Shown here in pieces: positions 54,265 to 64,000 of a stretch of DNA of 64,000 nucleotides. The stretch is from an uncultured delta proteobacterium (GTDB taxonomy: Bacteria > Desulfobacterota > Desulfomonilia > UBA1062), in NCBI GenBank assembly GCA_963785235.1, contig CAWAUM010000003.1, positions 1 to 64,000 on the forward strand, given 5' to 3'. The position numbers and the translations under genes are program-made. The notes below the pieces were generated by a model. That model was not told the origin of the DNA and did no database searches. It saw nothing but the letters and a program-made list of their open reading frames with translations. Numbering within the stretch: the first letter of the stretch is position 1; each line of letters starts with the position of its first letter.

Positions 54265-56955
54265 ATGGATGGCCCCATATTGACGTTAAATGGAAAACAG
54301 GTTGAGTTCAAACCGGCACAGACAATCCTTGAGGTTGCAACAGAAAACGGCATCAAGATTCCAACATTGTGCTATCTGAAGGGCTGCACGCCCACAGGTG
54401 CATGCCGCGTGTGCCTGGTGGAGGTCGCAGGGGCCAGGTCGCTGGTGGCCTCGTGTTCCACCCCGGCAGAGAAGGGCATGGTCATTGAAACGGATTCACA
54501 GCGGGCGAACAATGCCAGGAGGCTCAATATCGAGCTGCTTCTGTCTAGCGGCAAGCACAACTGCATCACCTGTGAGAATTCGGGTGACTGCACCCTCCAG
54601 GAGCTTGCATACCGCTACGGCATCGACACCCTGCGGTTTGAGGTTACGCCTCAGCCTTACGAGACCGAGGACATAAACCCATTCATCATCCGTGACTTCA
54701 AAAAATGCATCCTGTGCGGCCGCTGTGTCCAGGCCTGCCAGGACGTTCAGGTGAACCGGGCCATATCGTTCGGGTATAGAGGCCCCCATGCCAAGATCAT
54801 TGCCGGGAGCGATGTGCGCTACGACCAGAGTGACTGCGTGTTCTGCGGACAGTGTGTTCAAGCCTGTCCGGTGGGAGCGCTCATTGAAAAGAAATCCAAG
54901 TTTCTCGGGCGCATCTGGGATGTTGAGAAGGTACGAACCACCTGCCCTTACTGCGGCGTGGGCTGCCAGCAGCTGCTCCATGTGAAGGATGGGAAGATCG
55001 TCAAGGTAACGGCTGTGGAGGACGGGTCTCCCAACAAGGGAAGGCTCTGCGTCAAGGGCCGTTTCGGGTATGACTTCATCTACTCCGAGGATCGCCTCAA
55101 GACGCCGCTCATCAAAGAGAACGGGACGTTCAGGGAAGCGTCCTGGGACGAGGCGCTGAATCTGGTGGCAAGCAAGTTCAAGGAGATAAAGGAAAAGCAC
55201 GGGCCTGATGCCATTGCAGGTGTCAGCTGTGCCAGGAGCATCAACGAGGACTCCTACCAGATGCAGAAACTCTTCCGCGCAGCGATCGGAACCAACAACA
55301 TCGATCACTGCGCGCGAACGTGACACGCGCCAACGGTCGCCGGTCTGGCGATCGCATTCGGTTCAGGCGCAATGACCAACTCCTTCGGCGAGTTCGAAAA
55401 CGCCAAGATGTTTCTGGTCATCGGGTCCAACATGACCGAGGCGCACCCCGTAGCAGCGACCTTCCTCAAGAACGCGGTTATGAAGGGTGCGGAGCTCATC
55501 TTAGTTGATCCAAGGAAGCACGCACTGGCAGACTTCGCCACCATGCATGTGCCCATCAAAGTGGGCAGCGATATCGCCTTCCTCAACGGCCTCATGCACG
55601 TGCTCATTACCGAGAATCTCTATGACAAGGAATTTGTAGAGGCACGCTGCAAGGGGTTCGAAGAGCTCAAGGCCATGGTCATGAACTACCCGCCCGAGCG
55701 CGCCGCCGAGATAGCGGGCGTAAGCGCCGAGGTGATACGGCTGGCAGCCCGGAAGCTTGCATCGGTCAAGCCGGTCATGTGCTGCTACACCCTGGGCATC
55801 ACCGAGCATACCTGCGGAAGAAACAATGTCCTCTCTGTTGCCAACCTCCAGATGCTGCTGGGCAACCTGGGCATGGAGGGCGGCGGGGTTAATCCGCTGC
55901 GCGGCCAGAACAACGTGCAGGGCGCCTGCGACATGGGTGCACTTCCCAATGTGTTTCCTGGCTACCAGCAGGTGGCCAATGCGGAGGCCCGTGCCAAGTT
56001 CGAAAAGGCCTGGGGCGTCACCGGCCTGCCCGACAAGCCCGGCCTCATGATCCCCCAGATGATGGACGGCCTGGTGAGCGGCAAGATCAAGGCCTTATGG
56101 ATCTTCGGCGAGAATCTGGCCAATACCGAACCGGACATCGCCAAGGTCGAGCATGAGCTCGCATCCGCCGAGTTCCTTGTGTGCAGCGACATCTTCCCCA
56201 CCGAGACTACCCGTTTCGCCCACGTCGTGTTCCCGGCTGCTGCATGGAGCGAGGATGACGGCACCTTCACCAGCTCCGAGCGCCGCATCAACAGGGTGCG
56301 CAAGGTGAGTGAGGCCCCGGGAGAGGCGAAACCCAACTGGTGGATCTTCAAGGAGGTTGCAAAGAGGATGGGCCACGAATGGCAATCAAACAGCGGCCCC
56401 GAACTGTGGGACAACGAGGTATCCGTCCTGGCGCCTGCCTTCGGCGGGGTGAAGTACCGCCGCATCGAGAATGACGGCCTCCAGTGGCCGTGCCCCAACG
56501 AGGAGCACCCCGGCACAGCGGTTCTTCACCGGGGAGGCGTGTTCACGAGCGGCCAGGGCCAGCTCTCCCCTGTTGAGTGGACTCCGCCTGCCGAGGTGCC
56601 GGACAGCGAGTACCCCTTTGTGTTGTCCACAGGCCGCAGGCTCTACCACTACCATACACGCACCCAGACCGGCCGCACAGGCCTGGACTGGCTGCTAGGC
56701 GAGGAGACTGCGGACATATCACTTGAAGATGCCCGGAGCCTGAGCATCACCCATGGCGAGAAGATCCGCGTACGGTCTCGCAGGGGGCAGGTGGAGGTCA
56801 AGGCCAAGGTTACCGCCCAGATGCCCAAAGGCATGGTCTGGATGTCCTTCCACTTCAGGGAAGGGAACGCCAACTGGCTTACCAATCCGGTATTCGACCC
56901 GTTCACCCAGACCGCCGAGTACAAGGCCTGCGCGGTGGCCATCGAGAAGATCTGA
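54265..56955 (+). CDS. fdhA: Selenocysteine-containing cytoplasmic formate dehydrogenase alpha subunit, copy 2 (Sec UGA 55321-55323), intact
   Basis: ORFs 54262..55323 and 55372..56955 are in the same frame across a UGA at the catalytic Cys/Sec position; SECIS follows. Confidence 0.95.
55018..56676 (+). repeat. About 1.66-kb near-identical direct repeat, copy 2
   Basis: Matches 49068-50727. Confidence 0.92.
55334..55354 (+). other. Bacterial SECIS element
   Basis: Identical hairpin to 49384-49404. Confidence 0.85.
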
Positions 56956-56984
56956 TTCAAGACAGATAAAGTGTTCTTCATAGG

Positions 56985-57018
56985 AGCGGCCCTTCCCTTT
57001 CGGGGAGGGCCGCTTTTT
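56985..57018 (+). terminator. Rho-independent terminator after fdhA copy 2
   Basis: AGCGGCCCTTCCC-TTTC-GGGGAGGGCCGCT followed by TTTT. Confidence 0.85.
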
Positions 57019-57282
57019 AATGCCGGTGTTTAGCTGATATAAAAAGTTCTTTTTATATGGACCATTCAATTCTGTCATCTCGCTCTTTTCAGCGAGATGG
57101 CAGAATTGAATGGTTAATTTTTTTAAGGGACTTTGCACAAACTACCATATTTTCCCCCCATGGCTGTCCTTTTCAAATCGATCATTTCGCCATGCGAAAT
57201 GATCGATTTGAAAAGACTGATAAAAGACTTCAGTACATCCGAACGGAGAGATTATTCGATAAGGGGAAATCAGAAGTTCAAT

Positions 57283-57320
57283 AAAAAAGGGGAGCCATCT
57301 GTTCAGGAGGCTCCCCTTTT
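57283..57320 (-). terminator. Terminator of fdnGHI (bidirectional form)
   Basis: AAAAAAGGGGAGCC...GGCTCCCCTTTT. Confidence 0.8.
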
Positions 57321-57341
57321 GCTTGATATTTATTTAATACT

Positions 57342-57977
57342 CTACTGATGCACGTTCTTTTTATCCCTGTCGGCCAGCCAGCGCGGGCAGTGAGTCTCGC
57401 ACCAGGCCCTGCTCACGAACCCGGTTATCATGGCTGAGACCGTGCCGGGGTTGCCGATGGTGCCGAGGTACATGTGGATCACGATGAAGGCGCCCAGGAG
57501 CACGACGGCCCCGGCATGGGACATATAGGCCAACCGCGCAATGATCGCGGGTACTACAAGAGGGTTCCACTGCCACATGATAAAGCCCGATGCCACAATG
57601 ATAATCCCGCAGAAAACGAGTATCCAGAAGAAGGCCTTCTGGCCTGCATTGTACTTGTACACCGGGGGCAGGTCCTTGACGGGCCAGAGGTATCCGCCGG
57701 CCTTGAGAACCCACTGGAGATCTGCAGGTTCGAAGTAGCAGTCCTTTCTCCATAAGAAGAAGGCATATGCAAAGGTGCCTGCGAAGATGACACCTGAATA
57801 GATGTGCATGAGCTTGGTGGCATAGAGGCCGCCCAAGAGGGTTGGGATAATGTGCCAGGCATGGTACGCAAGCCCCAGGCCGGTGATCAGGCAGAAGAGA
57901 CAGCTTGCGGCCATCAGCCAGTGCACGATCCTCTCCACCACGTCCGTTATCCGTACTACCGATGTATGAGAAGACAT
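57342..57977 (-). CDS. fdnI: Formate dehydrogenase gamma subunit (cytochrome b)
   Basis: ERIVHW, conserved His residues in TM helices, KYNAGQK, IHMY, MITG.V...W...H.P.W. Confidence 0.92.
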   Translation of the reverse strand: MSSHTSVVRITDVVERIVHWLMAASCLFCLITGLGLAYHAWHIIPTLLGGLYATKLMHIYSGVIFAGTFAYAFFLWRKDCYFEPADLQWVLKAGGYLWPVKDLPPVYKYNAGQKAFFWILVFCGIIIVASGFIMWQWNPLVVPAIIARLAYMSHAGAVVLLGAFIVIHMYLGTIGNPGTVSAMITGFVSRAWCETHCPRWLADRDKKNVHQ

Positions 57978-57978
57978 A

Positions 57979-58767
57979 TCACTCACCCCCTTCTTTTTTT
58001 TCATGGATCTCATGGGGGCCCTTGATCAGGTAGTGAAGGGCTGCCATGCCGGCCACTGCGCCAATTCCGATGAGGGTAAAGGGCTTGAACATATTCTTCC
58101 ACAGGATCACGGAGAACGGGACCGCCGGATAGGATGGAAGCTCGTCATAGACTTCGGGCTTCTCGGTCAGTACATAGACGACATGGGTGCCGCCCACGAA
58201 CTTGTCTCCGTATACGTTAGCGTCACCGCCCAGCTTTTCCACCCGGGCGTAAGCCTTCTTGATCATGGCATCCTTTTCGCCGATGGTGAGAGCACCGGTT
58301 GGACACGAGAGAACGCACGAGGGTTTCTGGCCTGCCTGGAGCCTGGTGTAGCACAGGTCGCACTTAAAGACCTTTTCATCAGTCTCGTTATACCGCGGTA
58401 TGTCGAAGGGGCAGGCCGCTACGCATGCCTTGCAGCCGATGCAGGTTTCCCTGTTGAGGCCCACGGTGCCGAATTCCGTATAGTACAGCGCACCGGAAGG
58501 GCATGATTTCACGCATGCCGCATTCGTGCAGTGCATGCACCCGTCCTTGCGGAAGAGCCACTTGAAGTCTCCCTTTGCAGTTACGTGCTCCTGGAAGCGG
58601 ATCAGGGTCCAGGTGTTCCACTGGAGGTCCGGCGGGTTCTGGTAGCTGCCGAAGTTCCTGGTCCGCAAGCCGGGCATCTCGTTCCACTGCTTGCACGCCA
58701 CCTGGCAGCCTCTGCAGGCGGTGCACCTTGATACATCGATGAGTTTTACGTATTCCTGGTTTTTCAT
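57979..58767 (-). CDS. fdnH: Formate dehydrogenase beta (4x[4Fe-4S]) subunit with C-terminal TM helix
   Basis: KLIDVSRCTACRGCQVACKQWN, CMHC, CIGC..C, KCDLC, GGTHV.Y. Confidence 0.94.
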   Translation of the reverse strand: MKNQEYVKLIDVSRCTACRGCQVACKQWNEMPGLRTRNFGSYQNPPDLQWNTWTLIRFQEHVTAKGDFKWLFRKDGCMHCTNAACVKSCPSGALYYTEFGTVGLNRETCIGCKACVAACPFDIPRYNETDEKVFKCDLCYTRLQAGQKPSCVLSCPTGALTIGEKDAMIKKAYARVEKLGGDANVYGDKFVGGTHVVYVLTEKPEVYDELPSYPAVPFSVILWKNMFKPFTLIGIGAVAGMAALHYLIKGPHEIHEKKEGGE

Positions 58768-58770
58768 CTC

Positions 58771-61700
58771 TTACACCCCCTGTGCCTTGGCCACATTGAC
58801 CATGAACGCCTTGTATTCGGGACAGAAGGTGTTGGCATCGCCCACACTCGGCGTGAGGAAGTTCGTAGAGTCACTCCCGTCTTCCGGATAGAGCCATCCG
58901 TAATTGAACGGCAGGCCTACCTGGTGGATGATACGGCCCTCCACCTTGAAGGGGACGAAGCGCTTGGTCACCATGGCCCGGCACTTCACCTTCCCTCTTG
59001 CCGATGAGACATGCACCCAGTCGGCATTGCCGATGCCAATCTTTTTCGCGAGCTCTTCGCCGATCTCCACATAGAGCTCGGGCTGCATCTCCAGGAGCCA
59101 TGCCTGCCAGCGGGTGAGCGCGCCTGAGCACCAGTGCTCGGTGCAGGAGTAGGTGGTGCACACATAGGGGAACTCTTCGCTCGCATTGGCCACCTTGTCC
59201 AGATCGCTCTTGAAGATCTTGATGGCCGGGTTGATGAGCTGGCTTGAGAACGGGTTCTTTGCAGAGCGGGCCTTCCAGCGGCTCATAGTGCTCAGGGAAT
59301 GGTCCTTCCACCATGCCGGGGCCGAAGAGGGATCCGACACCGTCGGTCTTCATGATGAAGGGATACTTGCCCTTCTCCTTGTCAGCCTGTGGCGGCCACG
59401 GGCCGTCGGGTACATCTCCCACCCACTTTTCGCCTGTCCAGGCAAGCAGTTTGCGCTTTGGATTGTAAGGCTTGCCGTTGATATCGCATGAAGCGCGGTT
59501 GTAAATGATGCGGCGGTTCACCGGCCATGCATATGACCAGTTGGGATACAGACCCAATCCTGTGGGGTCTTCCTTGCCGCGGTTGGCCATCTTGTTCAAG
59601 CCTTTTTCATCGAAGCTGCCGGCCATAACCCAGTTGCCGGACGAGGTGGTGCCGTCGTCCTTGAGCATGCCGAAGCTGGGCACCAGCTCGCCCTTCTTGA
59701 AGTCTTTTTTCGCACCCGTAAGCTTATCCTCATAGGTGCTGTCTGCCAGCCAGTAGCCGTTGATCTGCTTGGACACCTTGAGCGCATCGTAGTTGCCCTT
59801 GGGGTCCTTGTAGTCCCACTTGAGGTTCAGGATGGACTTCGGCATTGGGGCCGCCTTCCTTTGCATAGAGGGCCTTGATGGTATCCATTATCCTGATCTG
59901 GATGTCGCCTATTGCAATGGCGTCCTCGGGCGGGTTTGTCGCCTTGTATTTCCACTGGACCCACCTGCCGCTGTTGCTCTGGCTGCCTTCCTTTTCCATG
60001 GTGGCTGCTGCGGGCAGGAGGAAGACCTCGGTCTTGTTCTGCTTGGGGTCAACGCCCGGCCCGAACCAGAAGGAAGCAGTCTCATTGTCGAAGATGTTGG
60101 CACACACGAGGAAGTCCAGCTTCTCCAGAGCCTTGCGGACCTTGTTGGTGTTCGGCGAGCTCACTGCAGGGTCGGTGCCATAGGCAAAGAGACCCTTTAT
60201 CTTGCCTGCATACATCTCGTCGAAGAGGTGCATGAGGGAATAGTGCTTGCCGTCATCCAGCTTGGGCAGCCAGTTGTAGCCGAAGTCGTTCTCCGGGGTT
60301 GCCGCATCACCGTACATGGCCTTGAGCAAACTCACAAAGAATTTGGGATAGTTCTGATAGTAGTTCGCCGACTGAGGGTCATTGCACTTGGGCGTATATT
60401 TTTCCAGGTAGTGCTTCAGGTTCTCGAGAGGACCCGACGGCATCTTCAGGTAACCGGGCAGGATGTCGTACAGGATGCGTGGTCGGTTGAGCCCTGCACG
60501 TTGGGCTCGCCTCTGAGCGCGTTCACGCCGCCCCGGCAGATGCCCATGTTGCCTAAGAGGAGCTGGATCATGGACATGGTGCGGATGATCTGGCTTCCCG
60601 TGGTGTGGTGGGTCCAGCCGAGTGCGTAGCATTCCGTCCCCGCCTTATCCGGGGCGCCTGTTGCGCTGTATTCCGCGTACACTTTGGTGAGGTTTTCCTT
60701 GGAAACACCGGTGACGCTTGAGACCTTATCCAGGGTATAGCGTGAATAGTGCTGCTTCATGACCTGGAATACGCAACGGGGATCCTGCAGGGTCGGGTCC
60801 TTTTTCGGTATCCCGGCTGCATCCATCTCGAAGACCCAGGTAGTCCTTGTCGTACTTGCGCTTTTCCGGCGTCATATCCGGAGAACAGGCCGTCATTGAA
60901 CTGGTAATCCGGACCCACGATGAAGGACGCATTGGTGTAGTTGATCACATAGTCGTGGAAATACTTGTCGTTATCGATGATATACTTGATCATGCCCCCT
61001 AGGAAGGCGATGTCCGTGCCGGAGCGTAAGGGGACGTGATAATCGCAGCGGGCCGAAGTGCGGGTGTAGCGGGGGTCAACGTGTATGATCTTTGCCCCGT
61101 TCTGTTCCTTTGCCCTCAGGATCCATTTGAACGCGATGGGGTGGTGCTCTGCCGCGTTGCTGCCCATGATAAGGATAACATCACTGTTTTTCAGATCGAT
61201 GTAGTGGTTCGTCATGGAACCCCTACCAAACGACTCTCCCAGAGCCGCTACGGATGGACTGTGTCAGACCCGTGCCTGGTGATCGATATACACCAGGCCC
61301 ATTGCCCTTACAGACATGCTGATCAGCCAGCATTCTTCGTTGTCGATATTGGAGCTGCCGAGGTGGGCGACGGTCTCGGTCCTGTTCACGAGCTCGCCCT
61401 TGTCGTTTGTAGTTACAAAATTCTTGTCGCGGGCGTCTTTGGTGAGGCGTGCGATGCGGTTCAATGCCCAGTCCCAGTCCTTCTCTTCCCACTTGTCGCT
61501 GTATGGCGCCCGGTACTGAACCTTCTTGAGGCGGTGCTTGTTCGCCTCGGTGAGGTCGAAGAAGCCGGCGCCCTTGGCGCAGAGGGAACCCTCGTTGATG
61601 GGGTGTTCGGGATCACCCTCGATGTTGAAGATCTTGCCCGTGACCGTGTCCACGCTGCTGATGAGGCCGCACCCCACAGAGCAGTAGCAGCAGATCGTGG

Positions 61701-61843
61701 TGATACTGCTTGGCCATCTTCACGCGGTTCATCTTGTTGAGCTCTGAGGCATACGCCTTTACCGGCCTGAAGTTAAGGCCCAGGGCGGACGTAGCCCCGA
61801 TGGTGCCGGTGAGCTTGAGAAAGCCCCTTCGAGTGATATCCAT
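58771..61843 (-). CDS. fdnG: Tat-exported selenocysteine formate dehydrogenase-N-type alpha subunit (Sec UGA at 61264-61266; about 5 indels)
   Basis: MDITRRGFLK Tat signal, ICCYCSVGC, HQARV-U-HSPSV, GVNALRGEPNVQGSTD, PEYKAFMVNV. Confidence 0.92.
61229..61249 (-). other. Probable SECIS of fdnG
   Basis: Minus strand AGCGGCTCT-GGG-AGAGTCGTT hairpin 14 nt after the UGA. Confidence 0.7.
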
Positions 61844-62093
61844 CCAACTCCTCCTTCGGTAACTATGCGAATTGGTATATATATACCGATGGGCATATTA
61901 AGATTATTTCTTTCGATGCGTCAATGGGAATTTCACCTAAGACAGCGAATTGATTAAAAGTGTGTTAATGTTAACATAATTAAAAAGGGGACTATATTAA
62001 GGGGTCACAGCATGCCCTTGCATTGCCCCCGGCCTATCCAGGTGGGGAACCAAGGAGCACGCTTATGATTTTAAAAAATTCCGATCGACTGTT

Positions 62094-62972
62094 CTAAAAG
62101 GTATTCCATTCGGTTGATGCCATGGGCAGATAACCCTTTTCCTGCATGAGCACATCCAGGTGCACAAGGCTGAGCGCTGTTACCTCCCCATGGAATTCCG
62201 TCAGATCGCTCAATTTATTCAGTGTGATGAGGTAGCGCTTGCACTTGGTACACACAAAGGTCGATTCCTGCTCCTTTCCTTCGATGAAGAAATAGTCCAT
62301 GGCCTTCTGGTCTCTGTTCTCACAGGAAGGGCAGATGACCCGGCTGAAGGTCCACTCGTTGCCGCACTGGGAGCAGTGAAGCCACCGTTTTGCAATGCCG
62401 TCATCAATCCTGGCAACCATGGGGGCTGCGCCGCAGATGGGGCAGAAGCCCTTGTCCCAGGTGAAGTCTTTTACAAGCCCGGCCCAGTCTTTACTCCTCT
62501 TTTCAAGGATTACCCGGGAGGCTATATGGGCGAGGAAGGTGACGGCCTGTTCGGTGATGTCGTGATCTGCAGACAATTTCTTTATAAGACCTTGTGAATC
62601 CTCATGCGTGGCCTCAACGAATTCTCTGAGGTCCAATAACCCTTTCTTGATAAGGCCCTTGAGCCGTTCAAGGTCGGGCCTCAAGGCAGGGAATCCCTTT
62701 ATGATGGCAGGGATGAGGGAAAGCGAGATATCCTTCCAGGGGTCATCCGGGAAAAAGAGGCTGTTCTGGATGCTAAGCGGTACGCCTGCCTTGAACCGGA
62801 TCTCGTCCAGGTTCATGGAGGTGTCTGTCTTCGATTCCATGCCTTCCACAAGCCTGGCCTTTTCCAGCAGGACAGGCCTGAAGGGCTCGATGATGCCGTG
62901 GCTGTGGGGATAGTTTGCGAGAGCCGTATCAAGGATCTTTTCCAGCTTTTTTCTGTTGGTGGCAGTCTTCAT
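62094..62972 (-). CDS. fdhE: Formate dehydrogenase maturation protein FdhE
   Basis: CPICG..P, R.LHCS.C...W...R..CP.C, C..C.RY, HLD.L....GY. Confidence 0.92.
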   Translation of the reverse strand: MKTATNRKKLEKILDTALANYPHSHGIIEPFRPVLLEKARLVEGMESKTDTSMNLDEIRFKAGVPLSIQNSLFFPDDPWKDISLSLIPAIIKGFPALRPDLERLKGLIKKGLLDLREFVEATHEDSQGLIKKLSADHDITEQAVTFLAHIASRVILEKRSKDWAGLVKDFTWDKGFCPICGAAPMVARIDDGIAKRWLHCSQCGNEWTFSRVICPSCENRDQKAMDYFFIEGKEQESTFVCTKCKRYLITLNKLSDLTEFHGEVTALSLVHLDVLMQEKGYLPMASTEWNTF

Positions 62973-63129
62973 GCAGTCCGTCCTTTGAATCAATTATGTT
63001 CTTTAAAGCAGACAATCTATGCGAAGCACCACAGCGTGTCAAGGAAGGATGTTGAGGGAAAGCAGGGTTGCAGAATACATTATATTATGGTAAGCAAAAC
63101 ATAATTAAACAGTAGAGGAGTTCACAGAG

Positions 63130-63876
63130 ATGCGCACCAGGATGATGCTGCTTATTGCCTTTTTGTTTTTGGGGTCGCTGAACGCTATTGCCTCTGACCA
63201 GAAGATCACAGCCGGTGTTGCCGCGAATTTCATTGTGCCCTTCGGCGAGATCGCTGGGCTCTTCGAGAAAGGGACCGGCATCCATGTGGAGCCTGTGTTT
63301 GCTTCCAGCGGCAAGCTTTATGCCCAGATCATAAGCGGCGCTCCCTACGATGTGTTCCTGTCCGCCGATGAAGACCGTCCGGCCAAGCTGTTCAAGGATG
63401 GCCTGGTTCAGAAACCTTTTGTCTATGCAAAAGGACAGGTGGTGCTCTGGTCTGCGGACAAGAAATTCTGCAGCAGCGCCAAGGACTGGGGCACTGTGTT
63501 ACGCTCAAGTAATATAAAAAAGATTGCCATTGCAAACCCCGAGACAGCACCATATGGAGCCGTGGCAATGACGGCACTCAAGGCCGCAGGTCTCCATGAG
63601 ACACTCAAGGAGAAGCTCGTGTTCCCCCAGGACATCGGACAGGCCTTCCAGTATGCCTCTACCGGTTCCGTGGACGCCGGGTTCTGTGCCTTGTCTTCCG
63701 CCATGACTGAAGAGGGGAAGAAGGGATGTTACTTTATCGTGGAACAGGCCCCGCAGGTGGTACAGGCAGCGTGCGTACTGGTGAAGGGAACCAACCATAC
63801 AGCGGCCGAGCGGTTTGCAGCGTTTCTTGTGACACCTGAAGCCATCCGCGTGAAAGAAAAATATGGATACCGGTAG
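63130..63876 (+). CDS. modA: Molybdate ABC transporter substrate-binding protein
   Basis: AANF, ASSGKLYAQI..GAPYDVFLSAD, IAIANP..APYG. Confidence 0.95.
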   Translation: MRTRMMLLIAFLFLGSLNAIASDQKITAGVAANFIVPFGEIAGLFEKGTGIHVEPVFASSGKLYAQIISGAPYDVFLSADEDRPAKLFKDGLVQKPFVYAKGQVVLWSADKKFCSSAKDWGTVLRSSNIKKIAIANPETAPYGAVAMTALKAAGLHETLKEKLVFPQDIGQAFQYASTGSVDAGFCALSSAMTEEGKKGCYFIVEQAPQVVQAACVLVKGTNHTAAERFAAFLVTPEAIRVKEKYGYR

Positions 63877-64000
63877 TATCCTGCTCCCCCTGTGGCTTTC
63901 CTTTAAGCTCTCGGTGGTGACCACGGCCGTGTTGCTCGTCATGGGGGCACTCCTTGCCTACATGCTCGTGTACCGGAGGGTCCCGCTGAAGACCATAGTG
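63863..64000 (+). CDS. modB: Molybdate ABC transporter permease, 5' part (truncated by window)
   Basis: MDTGSILLPLWLSFKLSVVTTAVLLVMG..LAY.L; overlaps the modA stop. Confidence 0.85.
   Translation, partial: MDTGSILLPLWLSFKLSVVTTAVLLVMGALLAYMLVYRRVPLKTIV

Noticed and set aside
46626-61740. Long antisense ORFs over nuoF, fdhA and fdnG (e.g. 48204..49376, 54496..55326, 59820..60629)
   Set aside because: Shadow frames expected from GC-rich codon bias opposite well-supported genes; no motifs.
1-64000. CRISPR arrays, rRNA, transposases, integrases, prophage genes, tRNA-Sec
   Set aside because: No regularly spaced repeats or corresponding motifs were seen by eye.

Overview
This looks like chromosomal DNA of an anaerobic deltaproteobacterium (Desulfobacterota/Syntrophales-like, inferred from protein style). 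It carries many single-base indels that split otherwise intact genes, most likely uncorrected long-read errors. From left to right: (1) 1-11.6 kb, an AT-rich surface-glycan modification locus (epimerase, GT2 enzymes, B12 radical SAM, CDP-glycerol transferase plus cytidylyltransferase, asparagine-synthase-like, DUF362, GT2-TPR); (2) Sel1 and DUF4139 genes, then an AbiE type IV toxin-antitoxin pair next to tRNA-Pro(GGG); (3) housekeeping genes (PBP, pheA-hisC-tyrA-aroA-cmk, pcnB, yacG, TetR, CIRCE-controlled groES-groEL, a giant CoA-activase, tRNA-Pro(CGG), galT-like, pcm, hisH, lspA, queH); (4) orphan oddities (kinase-less Hpt-CheW fusion, metallophosphoesterase-nucleotidyltransferase fusion, stand-alone inverse-autotransporter barrel); (5) 44.8-64 kb, a Mo/W-formate island. 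The island holds a Mo-storage-protein homologue with a small partner, nuoE-nuoF-REC-fdhA(Sec) plus a sensor-less kinase, an aldehyde dehydrogenase and a deleted paralog, a second near-identical fdhA(Sec), fdnGHI(Sec), fdhE and modAB. Five promoter regions of the island share a 22-bp palindrome WTTRTGT-N8-RCATAAT. The best novelty candidates are the phosphoesterase-NTase fusion, the Mo/W-formate regulon with its storage pair, signalling genes and structured leader, and the Hpt-CheW protein. All product calls come from motif recognition, not database searches.
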